Part shown: one piece after another, positions 1 through 7,181 of the stretch | How the letters are laid out: each line of letters opens with the position of its first letter | How positions within the stretch are numbered: position 1 is the stretch's first letter | DNA from: Eubacteriales bacterium | GTDB taxonomy: Bacteria; Bacillota; Clostridia; Oscillospirales; CAG-272 | Direction: 5' to 3' | Length of the DNA: 56,321 bases | Assembly (NCBI GenBank): GCA_045652135.1 | Contig: JAZRTS010000163.1 | Coordinates: 1-56,321 of the forward strand | The notes under the pieces: model-generated | The model's input: the letters and a program-made list of their open reading frames with translations, nothing else | The model's database searches: none | What the model was told of the DNA's origin: nothing | Program-made: the position numbers and the translations under genes

Positions 1-33
1 ATTTCGCTGGTCCGAATCCAGCCATCCCAGCCA
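1..33 (+). tRNA. 3' end of a tRNA truncated by the window edge (T-arm, acceptor 3' strand, encoded CCA); Gln-like
   Basis: T-arm gctgg/tccgaat/ccagc at 6-22, acceptor strand catccca, discriminator G, CCA at 31-33, followed directly by a terminator. The implied U1:A72 pair plus G73 resembles Firmicute tRNA-Gln. The T-loop reads TCCGAAT rather than TTCGAAT, and the anticodon lies outside the window. Confidence 0.5.
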
Positions 34-34
34 G

Positions 35-66
35 AAAAAAGCTCGTTCGAAAGAACGAGCTTTTTT
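35..66. terminator. Bidirectional intrinsic terminator
   Basis: A6 run, 8-bp stem gctcgttc/gaacgagc with a GAAA loop, then a T6 run. Confidence 0.8.
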
Positions 67-68
67 CA

Positions 69-221
69 ATGATGTTTGCCTTCGGCAAATGATGACGGCT
101 ACGCCTAATGATGTGTGCCCAACGGCACATAGAGGCAAACATCGCATCATTGCGGAACGGAGTGGAGCAACATCATATTTGCGAAGCAAATGCATCATAT
201 CGCCGCAAGGCGATGCATCAT
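69..221. repeat. Hexamer-punctuated hairpin array A (ATGATG x3, then CATCAT x4)
   Basis: ATGATG at 69, 89 and 108; CATCAT at 145, 171, 193 and 216. The spacers fold as short hairpins at 75-89 (TTCG loop), 114-129, 177-191 (GCGAAGC mini-hairpin) and 199-214 (GCAA loop). Confidence 0.75.
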
Positions 222-250
222 TTGACAAATGTGCGAATTTATAATATAAT
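222..250 (+). promoter_or_regulatory. Consensus sigma-A promoter for the four-helix-bundle gene
   Basis: TTGACA (222-227), 17-nt spacer, TATAAT (245-250), 27 nt upstream of the ATG at 277. Confidence 0.75.
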
Positions 251-276
251 AACGGCGATAGGAGGTGCTACTGACT

Positions 277-630
277 ATGAAAGAAAATAAACTCGTCAAG
301 CTTTCAATGGACTTTTCCGTTGATATTATAAATCTCGTTAAATATTTGAAAAGTATCCACGAAACAATCATCGCAAACCAGATCGGCAGAAGCGGCACCT
401 CGATTGGCGCCAATATTCATGAAGCGCAATACGCGCAAGGCACAAAGGATTTTATATCTAAATTCGAAATTGCTCTTAAAGAAGCAAGTGAAACGGGATA
501 TTGGCTTGAGTTGCTTTATAGAACGAAATATATTGATGAGCAAGCTTTTAAAACACTCTCCTCAAAATGCACTTCGTTACGAGTGATGCTGATTGCCTCT
601 TGTAAAACGGTGAAGGAGAACACGAAATGA
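277..630 (+). CDS. Four-helix-bundle protein (23S rRNA intervening-sequence protein family, TIGR02436-like)
   Basis: The ORF track gives 265..630 with a GTG start, but the ATG at 277 lies 11 nt after GGAGG (261-265). It is ~117 aa and helical, with the family-typical SIGANIxEA segment. Confidence 0.8.
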   Translation: MKENKLVKLSMDFSVDIINLVKYLKSIHETIIANQIGRSGTSIGANIHEAQYAQGTKDFISKFEIALKEASETGYWLELLYRTKYIDEQAFKTLSSKCTSLRVMLIASCKTVKENTK

Positions 631-1115
631 AACGCCTATTATCTTTTCTTTGTGTTATGCTTCTTTGTCTCACTGTTTCCGCGTGCGGGTTTACAGAAAA
701 CAAATTAAGTAAGCACTTTGCGTTTGAAACATCTGATTTTATTGTTGTAGAAGAAAATGACACGCACAGTGGTTTTCACGGAGATGGCTCATACTATCTC
801 ATTTTAGATTGCTCGCAAAATACTGATAAAGCAAGAAATATTGTTAAAAGTTGGAAGAGCTTGCCTCTTTCTGAAAACCTGCATCTTGTTATGTATGGCG
901 GCGAAAAAGACGGCATAAATTACGGATACAATTTTGCCGAAGAAGCAAAATGGCCAACAATAGAAAATGGTGTATTCAAATTTGTTGATCGCCACACTGA
1001 ATCCAAAAACATCAGTGATGATTCTCAACTGCTCGACAGATACTCTTTTAATTTTTCTATTGCTGTTTACGATTTGGACTCTGATACCCTGTATTATTTT
1101 GAGATGGATACTTGA
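627..1115 (+). CDS. Hypothetical lipoprotein
   Basis: N-terminal signal peptide with lipobox LTVSA-C. Its start overlaps the upstream stop as ATGA. No recognisable domain. Confidence 0.7.
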   Translation: MKRLLSFLCVMLLCLTVSACGFTENKLSKHFAFETSDFIVVEENDTHSGFHGDGSYYLILDCSQNTDKARNIVKSWKSLPLSENLHLVMYGGEKDGINYGYNFAEEAKWPTIENGVFKFVDRHTESKNISDDSQLLDRYSFNFSIAVYDLDSDTLYYFEMDT

Positions 1116-1182
1116 TAAGTTGACCTTTTGTTCGTAATCACCTCGGCTTTTGACCTTTTATCCGCAACAAGGCAGAAAAAAG

Positions 1183-1207
1183 CATCGATTTTGTCGGTGA
1201 TTTTTTT
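1183..1207 (+). terminator. Intrinsic terminator after the lipoprotein gene
   Basis: Stem catcga/tcggtg (one G-U pair) followed by a T7 run. Confidence 0.55.
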
Positions 1208-1210
1208 CAA

Positions 1211-1386
1211 CGAAATAATAAATCCCTAACGGGATTTGTGAAATATGCTGCCTCATATGAAATAGCTAACGCTATGAAATACGTAGCTTGCGTATGAGGG
1301 ATTTATTTAATTTCACTTTCTGCGCAAGCAGAAAATTTCATAATCCGTGAGAATTATTTCATATTTTCCGCGAGGAAAATATTTCA
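1211..1386. repeat. Heptamer-punctuated hairpin array B ((A)TGAAAT x4, then ATTTCA(T) x4)
   Basis: Forward motifs at 1212 (degenerate), 1239, 1258 and 1275; reverse-complement motifs at 1310, 1335, 1356 and 1381. Spacer hairpins at 1220-1237 (7 bp, TAAC loop), 1263-1274 (TAAC), 1279-1295, 1317-1334 (7 bp, GCAA) and 1363-1380 (7 bp, GCGA). Confidence 0.8.
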
Positions 1387-1477
1387 TTAAAATCTATCAC
1401 TCCGTCAACAGCAAAATATCACTAAAAGTTTGTTATTTAAAGAATCGAAGTTATAAAAACGCAAGGGAAAACACGGA

Positions 1478-1798
1478 ATGAACAATACAAAATGGACGGA
1501 AATCTTCAAAGAATTTTATTACGATATTGAATGTTCAAAGGATGATGAATTAAGCCGCACACCGATTCAATGGACAACCAAATCAACAAACGGTTATATA
1601 TACTCCGACACTACATGGACACATTTCGGGGTTGGTATGGAAAATTCAAAAGAAATTGAATGGTTAAAAATCGATCTGACTCCTGCAAATAAGGATATTG
1701 TTCTTGCTGTTTTGAGAAAAATTCATGTCCCGGGTGAAGTGTTTGACGATTGTGTATACGTATATGGCTATCGCACGGATGTTGACTATATAAAATAG
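1478..1798 (+). CDS. Hypothetical protein (106 aa)
   Basis: Clean ORF with a weak AAGGGA Shine-Dalgarno upstream. No recognisable motif. Confidence 0.55.
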   Translation: MNNTKWTEIFKEFYYDIECSKDDELSRTPIQWTTKSTNGYIYSDTTWTHFGVGMENSKEIEWLKIDLTPANKDIVLAVLRKIHVPGEVFDDCVYVYGYRTDVDYIK

Positions 1799-1841
1799 TA
1801 TAATTGCACCGTGACAAACAAAACGATTAAGGAGAATAATA

Positions 1842-2465
1842 ATGAGTGTACCGATTCCGCACTATTTAAATGATATAGCTATTCTTGAAAAGCAAAAGGA
1901 CACTTGGGTTCATTTTACCGTCAAATGCTCTTGTGAAAGTGACCGTTTTCTCGTTTACGAAAACCACCTTAACAAAGAAGAAAAAGCGCTTGAAAGGCCT
2001 TATTACGATAAACTGACGGAAATTTATTGCAGTAATTCCCGGAGGATAACAATAAAAGACGAAAACGGAAAAATACATTATTGGAAAGCGCTTGAAGATT
2101 CAAAAGAAGAAATCGTAATCCCCGAAAAGCCGTATTTTTCGGGAATCACGGTCATCAAGGCAAAATGCGCCGATTGCGGAAAAGAGCATTTGATTTTTGA
2201 CAGCAGGATTCACGGCTACGACGGGATAACAGGCGAAGAAACAAAAGAAGCTATGGAATATGAGCCGCACTTCAGGTTAAAGTGCAAAGGCATTGTTTCT
2301 TTGTCATTGAAAATCGAGAACAGCGAATCTTTTGAAGAATTCAGTGAGGACTACGATCTCGGATTTACCGAAGAACAATATTCAAACGCATTCAGCTGGA
2401 TTATGATTTACAGAACAGACGAAAAAGGAAAGAAAACAAAGATCTTCGATTATGAAACAGCGTAA
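1842..2465 (+). CDS. Hypothetical protein with CxC...CxxC cysteine pairs (207 aa)
   Basis: AAGGAG sits 8 nt upstream of the ATG. Cysteine pairs are KCSCE and KCADCG. No recognisable family. Confidence 0.65.
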   Translation: MSVPIPHYLNDIAILEKQKDTWVHFTVKCSCESDRFLVYENHLNKEEKALERPYYDKLTEIYCSNSRRITIKDENGKIHYWKALEDSKEEIVIPEKPYFSGITVIKAKCADCGKEHLIFDSRIHGYDGITGEETKEAMEYEPHFRLKCKGIVSLSLKIENSESFEEFSEDYDLGFTEEQYSNAFSWIMIYRTDEKGKKTKIFDYETA

Positions 2466-2495
2466 AGCTTTGTATTGGTCGTTGATGGTATAAAT

Positions 2496-2525
2496 AAAAG
2501 GAACACCTTGCAAAGTGTTCCTTTT
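2496..2525. terminator. Bidirectional terminator between convergent genes
   Basis: 11-bp stem aaaaggaacac/gtgttcctttt with an 8-nt loop. The A and T runs are built into the stem ends. Confidence 0.8.
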
Positions 2526-2530
2526 GTTAT

Positions 2531-4066
2531 TTAAAGAATTTCCGATGCCGTGCGTTCAACCTCAAGCATCTTTTTATATTCTTCCATATATTTATTGAAT
2601 CCGTCTATGTCGCTTTGATCTGCCTTCACGGTTACGCTTTCGGCATTCTTAAACACACGGTCATTCAAATAATCTTCAAGTGATTCGCCGTCATTTTTGT
2701 CTGACGCATAAGCTGCAAGAAGCGCCATACCGTAAGGGCCGCCCTCACCAGCTGTTTTCATACAGGTGATAGGTGCGCCCGAGCACACGCACGACATATA
2801 CGTTTGACCGACCTTGGGTGTTTTGAACAGTCCGCCATGGCCCGTCATAGAATCGATTTTCACATTTTCCTTTTCAAGAATATCCATTCCGAGCTTCAAG
2901 GTCGCCATTGTGGAATAAAGAATCGACCTGAAAAAGTTTGCAAGCGTAAATTTACTGTCAGGACGGCGCACAACTAACGGACGTCCGTTTTCAATATGCG
3001 TTATGACCTCACCTGCAAGATAATTGCAAACAAGCACACCGCCGCAGTCAGCATCCCCCGTCAGTGACTTTTCGTAAAGCTTCGTGTATATATCGCCGTC
3101 TGACACATCAGCGCCGAGAAGCATCGCCGATTCTTTAAGAACGGACACCCACGCATTTGAGTCAGTTGTGCAGTTGTTACCGTGAACCATCGCAACATTC
3201 TTTCCGCTTGGTGTTGTTATAATGTCTATTTCCTCATACACGTTTTCAAGAGGTTTCTCCATAACGACCATCGCAAAAATGGACGTACCTGCAGAAACAT
3301 TTCCAGTTCTCGGTGCTACTGCATTCGTTGCAATCATTCCCGTTCCGCCATCCCCCTCGGGAGGTGCAAACGGAATACCCTCAGGCAAAAGTCCGTCTAT
3401 CATTTCAGAACCTTTTTTCGTAAGCGTACCTGCATTTTCACCTGCAACAAGAATCTTCGGTAAAACATCCGTAAGCTTCCACGGAATCTTTTTTTCCTCT
3501 GCAAGCTTGTTGAACTTTTCGACCATTTTTTCATCATAGCAAAGCTTTTCCGTATCCACGGGGAACATACCCGATGCTTCGCCTATACCGACAGCATTGA
3601 CACCCGTCAGCATATAATGAACATATCCTGCAAGGCTTGTTATATGCGCAACTTTAGAAACGTGTTCTTCCCCATTTAAGACCGCCTGATACAGATGAGC
3701 TATAGACCATCTTTGCGGAATATTGAAATTAAAAAGCTCTGTAAGCTCATAAGCCGCAGGTGCTGTTATCGTGTTTTGCCATGTTCTGAAAGGTACTAAA
3801 AGATTCCAATCTTCATCAAAGACGAGATATCCGTGCATCATACCCGAAAGTCCCATATAACAAACGTCTTCCCTGCCCTGTATCTGTGACAGCGCAGTTT
3901 TAAGTCCGTCCCAGACCTTTGAAACATCATAAGTCCAGATGCCGTTTTCGTATGAGCTTGCCCACGTATAATCTCCGCTTGACACGGGTTTATATTCAGA
4001 ATCGAGAGCAACGGCCTTTATTCGTGTTGAGCCGAATTCAATTCCGAGAAATTTTTTATTATTCAT
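2531..4066 (-). CDS. FGGY-family carbohydrate kinase (xylulokinase-like)
   Basis: N-terminal GIEFGSTRIKAV actin-fold ATPase motif, ~510 aa, with FGGY-like architecture throughout. The ATG at 4066 lies behind AAGGCGG; the GTG at 4075 in the track is less likely. Confidence 0.75.
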   Translation of the reverse strand: MNNKKFLGIEFGSTRIKAVALDSEYKPVSSGDYTWASSYENGIWTYDVSKVWDGLKTALSQIQGREDVCYMGLSGMMHGYLVFDEDWNLLVPFRTWQNTITAPAAYELTELFNFNIPQRWSIAHLYQAVLNGEEHVSKVAHITSLAGYVHYMLTGVNAVGIGEASGMFPVDTEKLCYDEKMVEKFNKLAEEKKIPWKLTDVLPKILVAGENAGTLTKKGSEMIDGLLPEGIPFAPPEGDGGTGMIATNAVAPRTGNVSAGTSIFAMVVMEKPLENVYEEIDIITTPSGKNVAMVHGNNCTTDSNAWVSVLKESAMLLGADVSDGDIYTKLYEKSLTGDADCGGVLVCNYLAGEVITHIENGRPLVVRRPDSKFTLANFFRSILYSTMATLKLGMDILEKENVKIDSMTGHGGLFKTPKVGQTYMSCVCSGAPITCMKTAGEGGPYGMALLAAYASDKNDGESLEDYLNDRVFKNAESVTVKADQSDIDGFNKYMEEYKKMLEVERTASEIL

Positions 4067-4116
4067 ATACTTCACCGCCTTGGTTTTATTCTACCATACA
4101 ACTTTGAAAATGTCAA

Positions 4117-4146
4117 ATCCCCGACAGATTTTTGTCTGTCGGGGAT
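4117..4146. terminator. Intrinsic terminator
   Basis: 12-bp perfect stem atccccgacaga/tctgtcggggat with T-rich flanks. Confidence 0.75.
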
Positions 4147-4150
4147 ATTT

Positions 4151-4534
4151 TTATTCATCATCTTCCTCGTCTTCGTAATTTTCCTCGTTTTCATCATCAG
4201 GCTTAAACTCATTGTCGGGATTTGATATTTTATCATTTAAAAATTCTCGAACATTTTCCATCCAATTACCGTCCTCAGACATCATATCCTTGAACGTTTC
4301 AAAATCGGAATCATCGCTTTCCTCAAGAAATGTCTGACGGAGCCTCATCTGCTCCACAAACGAAAGAGCAACATCAAAAAGTAAAATTGCCAAGCCTATG
4401 TTAACGAATGACTTAACGAATATTCCCACTATCGAAAAAACAATACCCAAAACAAAAAGTACCCAAAATCTGAATACTATATTCATCACAAAACCAAAAA
4501 TAAATAAGCTTATCGGATATTTTCTGTTTTTCAC
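4151..4534 (-). CDS. Small membrane protein with an acidic C-terminal tail
   Basis: GTG start 7 nt after AAGGAG. Two or three hydrophobic helices are followed by a D/E-rich tail. Confidence 0.6.
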   Translation of the reverse strand: MKNRKYPISLFIFGFVMNIVFRFWVLFVLGIVFSIVGIFVKSFVNIGLAILLFDVALSFVEQMRLRQTFLEESDDSDFETFKDMMSEDGNWMENVREFLNDKISNPDNEFKPDDENEENYEDEEDDE

Positions 4535-4576
4535 CCTCGAACTCCTTTAATCTTTATATCCACCTTATTATAACAT

Positions 4577-4611
4577 AAAATCAGCAGGAAAACAATATCC
4601 CTGCTGATTTT
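4577..4611. terminator. Intrinsic terminator downstream of putP
   Basis: 12-bp stem aaaatcagcagg/cctgctgatttt. Confidence 0.75.
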
Positions 4612-4621
4612 TATATTTTAA

Positions 4622-6184
4622 TTATTCACATTTACCTGCACGTACAGCCTCGAAATCTTCTTCGATTTCTTTTGAAGGTGCTTTTGTCAGAAGTGAAACA
4701 ACAACGATGCAAACACACGAGAATATGAACGCAGGAAGAAGCTCATAAATTGCGAACACGCCGCCTATCTTGCTGAGCACGAGCTTCCAGAAGAATACCA
4801 TAAACGCACCGCTTATCATACCTGCGACAGCACCGGGCTTATTGACACGCTTCCAGAAAAGTGAGAATATCATAATCGGTCCGAATGTTGCACCGAATCC
4901 CGCCCAAGCAAAGGATACTATTTCAAATATAACGCTGTTTTCATCAAGTGCTATAACAATACCGATAGCGGTAAGAACAAGAAGCGTGATACGTGAAACG
5001 TTCATAACCTGCTTGTCGCTTGCGTTTTTCTTGAATACTCCCTGGAAAACGTTCTTTGAAAAAGCAGATGCGGCAATAAGCAGATATGAGTCTGACGAGC
5101 TGATAGTCGCCGCAAGAATTCCTGCCATTACAAAGCCTGCGAGAATGGGGGGAAGGAATGACTCTGACATAAGAATGAATATGCTTTCCGCTGATGACTT
5201 TGTCAAAAGTGCATCGGGGAAAAGCTGACGTCCGACAATACCTATAAATACCGCAACGGCAAGGGATATAACTACCCAAACCATAGCAATTCTGCGTGAA
5301 CGCTTAAGTTCTTCTTCCTTACGTATAGCCATAAAGCGCAAAAGTACCTGAGGCATACCGAAGTAACCGAGGCCCCATGCCATCATTGAGAAGACGCTGA
5401 GCAAGCCGTAATTTGCAGCCTCACCGAATACGGGCTTACCGCCTTCAAGGAGCTGTGTTCCCGCTTCGTTAACAGTAGGTGTTGCAAGTCCGAAAAATTC
5501 GAAAAATCCGGGGATAGCCTTTGCATTGTCAACGACAGCGCCGACACCGCCTGCCTGTACCACGCCGATTATAACGATAACAGCGAGCGCCACTATCATA
5601 ACAATAGCCTGCATAAAGTCAGAAGCACTTTCAGCCAAAAATCCGCCGAGTATCGTATACACAAGCACGAACACCGCACCTACGATAAGCATTGCCTGAT
5701 AAGGAACACCGAACAATGTTGAAAAAAGCTTTCCGCATGTTACAAAGCAGCTTGCCGCATATACCGTAAAGAATATAAGTATAAACAAAGCCGAAAGAAG
5801 CATTATATGCTTGTTCTTTTCTCTGAAACGGTTTGAAAAGAAATCGGGAAGTGTAATCGAGTTATTAGCCCTTACACTGTAGCGCCTTAAACGCTTTGAA
5901 ACGATAAGCCAGTTAAGGTATGTACCTACCGCAAGACCTATAGCCGTCCAAGCGGCATCCGCAAGACCGCACCAATAAGCAACACCGGGGAGTCCCATAA
6001 GAAGCCATCCACTCATATCCGATGCCTCAGCACTCATCGCCGTTACCCAAGGACCGAGTGAACGACCGCCGAGAAAATATTCTTCAGAGCTTTTATTGGC
6101 ACGCTTCGCATAGAAGACACCGATCATAATGACTGCTGCCATATATATGACCATTGCAATCAAAATCTGAATTGTATCATTCAT
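4622..6184 (-). CDS. putP: Sodium:proline symporter (SSF family)
   Basis: 520 aa and polytopic. N-terminal YFLGGRSLGPWVTAMSAEASDMSGWLLMGLPG is typical of PutP. GGAGG RBS. Confidence 0.85.
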   Translation of the reverse strand: MNDTIQILIAMVIYMAAVIMIGVFYAKRANKSSEEYFLGGRSLGPWVTAMSAEASDMSGWLLMGLPGVAYWCGLADAAWTAIGLAVGTYLNWLIVSKRLRRYSVRANNSITLPDFFSNRFREKNKHIMLLSALFILIFFTVYAASCFVTCGKLFSTLFGVPYQAMLIVGAVFVLVYTILGGFLAESASDFMQAIVMIVALAVIVIIGVVQAGGVGAVVDNAKAIPGFFEFFGLATPTVNEAGTQLLEGGKPVFGEAANYGLLSVFSMMAWGLGYFGMPQVLLRFMAIRKEEELKRSRRIAMVWVVISLAVAVFIGIVGRQLFPDALLTKSSAESIFILMSESFLPPILAGFVMAGILAATISSSDSYLLIAASAFSKNVFQGVFKKNASDKQVMNVSRITLLVLTAIGIVIALDENSVIFEIVSFAWAGFGATFGPIMIFSLFWKRVNKPGAVAGMISGAFMVFFWKLVLSKIGGVFAIYELLPAFIFSCVCIVVVSLLTKAPSKEIEEDFEAVRAGKCE

Positions 6185-6216
6185 ATTTTTTCCTCCATAT
6201 TGAATAAATATAATGC

Positions 6217-6246
6217 ATTATATCATAAATATACAATAAATGTCAA
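6217..6246 (-). promoter_or_regulatory. Sigma-A promoter for putP
   Basis: On the minus strand: TTGACA (6246-6241), 18-nt spacer, TATAAT (6222-6217). Confidence 0.7.
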
Positions 6247-6290
6247 TATCTTTTAATATAATCATAATTTAAGATTGCCCTGTATATTAA

Positions 6291-6465
6291 TGAAATCGTG
6301 CGGAATTGCTTCGCACAATGAAATCCTCACTTTGTTCGGATGAAATCTTCAGCCTACGGCTTCAGATGAAATTAAATCCACCCATCCGCCGTCGAGGCAG
6401 ATTTCATTCCCGCAGGGAATTTCATCGTCGAATACGATTTCACCCACCCGCAAGGGTGGATTTAG
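6291..6465. repeat. Heptamer-punctuated hairpin array C ((A)TGAAAT x4, then ATTTCA(T) x4)
   Basis: Forward motifs at 6291, 6319, 6341 and 6367; reverse motifs at 6401, 6419, 6437 and 6460 (the last degenerate, ATTTAG). Spacer hairpins at 6298-6316, 6407-6419 (GCA loop), 6424-6438 and 6444-6459 (GCAA). TAAATCCACCC (6373-6383) is perfectly complementary to 6454-6464. Confidence 0.8.
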
Positions 6466-6470
6466 TTGCA

Positions 6471-6500
6471 AAAAGAGCAAGTCATATGACTTGCTCTTTT
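6471..6500. terminator. Bidirectional terminator after tRNA-Ser
   Basis: Perfect 30-nt palindrome aaaagagcaagtcat/atgacttgctctttt. Confidence 0.8.
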
Positions 6501-6503
6501 CTC

Positions 6504-6594
6504 TGGCGGAGAAGCAGAGATTCGAACTCTGGAACCCTTTTACCGGTTACACGATTTCCAGTCGTGCGCCCTCGACCAACTAGGCGACTTCTCC
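6504..6594 (-). tRNA. tRNA-Ser (anticodon GGA)
   Basis: The reverse complement reads ggagaagtcgcctagttggtcgagggcgcacgactGGAaatcgtgtaaccggtaaaagggttccagagttcgaatctctgcttctccgcca. It is 91 nt with a long variable arm, a GTTCGAATC T-loop and an encoded CCA. Confidence 0.9.
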
Positions 6595-6615
6595 ATATCG
6601 GTTGAATACTTGTGT

Positions 6616-6644
6616 ATTATATCACAACAAATCAAAAAAATCAA
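6616..6644 (-). promoter_or_regulatory. Sigma-A promoter for tRNA-Ser
   Basis: On the minus strand: TTGATT (6644-6639), 17-nt spacer, TATAAT (6621-6616), about 20 nt upstream of the tRNA 5' end. Confidence 0.65.
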
Positions 6645-6694
6645 GAGTTTTTTCAAAAAAATATTATTTTTTTGATATTCAACCTTTTTCGGCC

Positions 6695-7132
6695 TTATAT
6701 TACGATATTAACATCGAAATTTTGACCGCAACGAGGACATTTTACCGTGTGTTTTCCCTTTTTTCTCGGCAAGCGCAAGAAGCTTTTGCAGTGCGGACAT
6801 TTGCGATAGCGATGTGTTTTTATATACTTTACACGGTTGAAACTTCTTTTGAAAAACTCGCCGATGGGCCTTGAAAGCTTAAGATATACTGCATTTTCCT
6901 TTTGGCGCGCGTAAATATTTTTTGAAAAAAATCGAAAAATTATAATCGCCAGCAGCATAAAGCTAAAAATCAGTAGCGCCAATGAAATTATCTGTGATGC
7001 TTTTGATGAGGAAAAAGCAAGAAATGCTCTTATTATAAAAATTACAAAGTACGCACAGAACATAAAAAACGAAAACTTATCGTATCCGTATCTGCCGTAC
7101 ATAAATCTTATCAGCTTATCACGAAATCTCAT
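6695..7132 (-). CDS. Membrane protein with a C-terminal zinc ribbon (CPHC...CPRC)
   Basis: The ATG at 7132 lies behind AAGGAG; the longer track start at 7195 would overlap the upstream gene. Two TM helices are followed by CPHCKS...CPRCGQ. Confidence 0.65.
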   Translation of the reverse strand: MRFRDKLIRFMYGRYGYDKFSFFMFCAYFVIFIIRAFLAFSSSKASQIISLALLIFSFMLLAIIIFRFFSKNIYARQKENAVYLKLSRPIGEFFKRSFNRVKYIKTHRYRKCPHCKSFLRLPRKKGKHTVKCPRCGQNFDVNIVI

Positions 7133-7181
7133 TTTATTCTCCTTAAAATCAGTAAAGACAACCTTTCGGTTGTCTTTACCA

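Noticed and set aside
108-290. 60-aa plus-strand ORF running through hairpin array A into the four-helix-bundle gene start.
   Set aside because: It has no RBS. Its sequence is simply the translation of the ATGATG/CATCAT array, and it runs across a consensus promoter and the RBS of the real gene at 277.
69-6465. Whether the hexamer/heptamer-punctuated arrays could be degenerate CRISPR arrays.
   Set aside because: The repeats are only 6-7 nt and flip orientation mid-array. The spacers are 12-28 nt and self-complementary. There is no leader and no cas gene anywhere in the window.
6306-6605. 99-aa plus-strand ORF covering array C, the palindromic terminator and the antisense of tRNA-Ser.
   Set aside because: It overlaps a confidently identified tRNA and terminator. 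Its Arg-rich, low-complexity product derives from the repeats, and it has no RBS.
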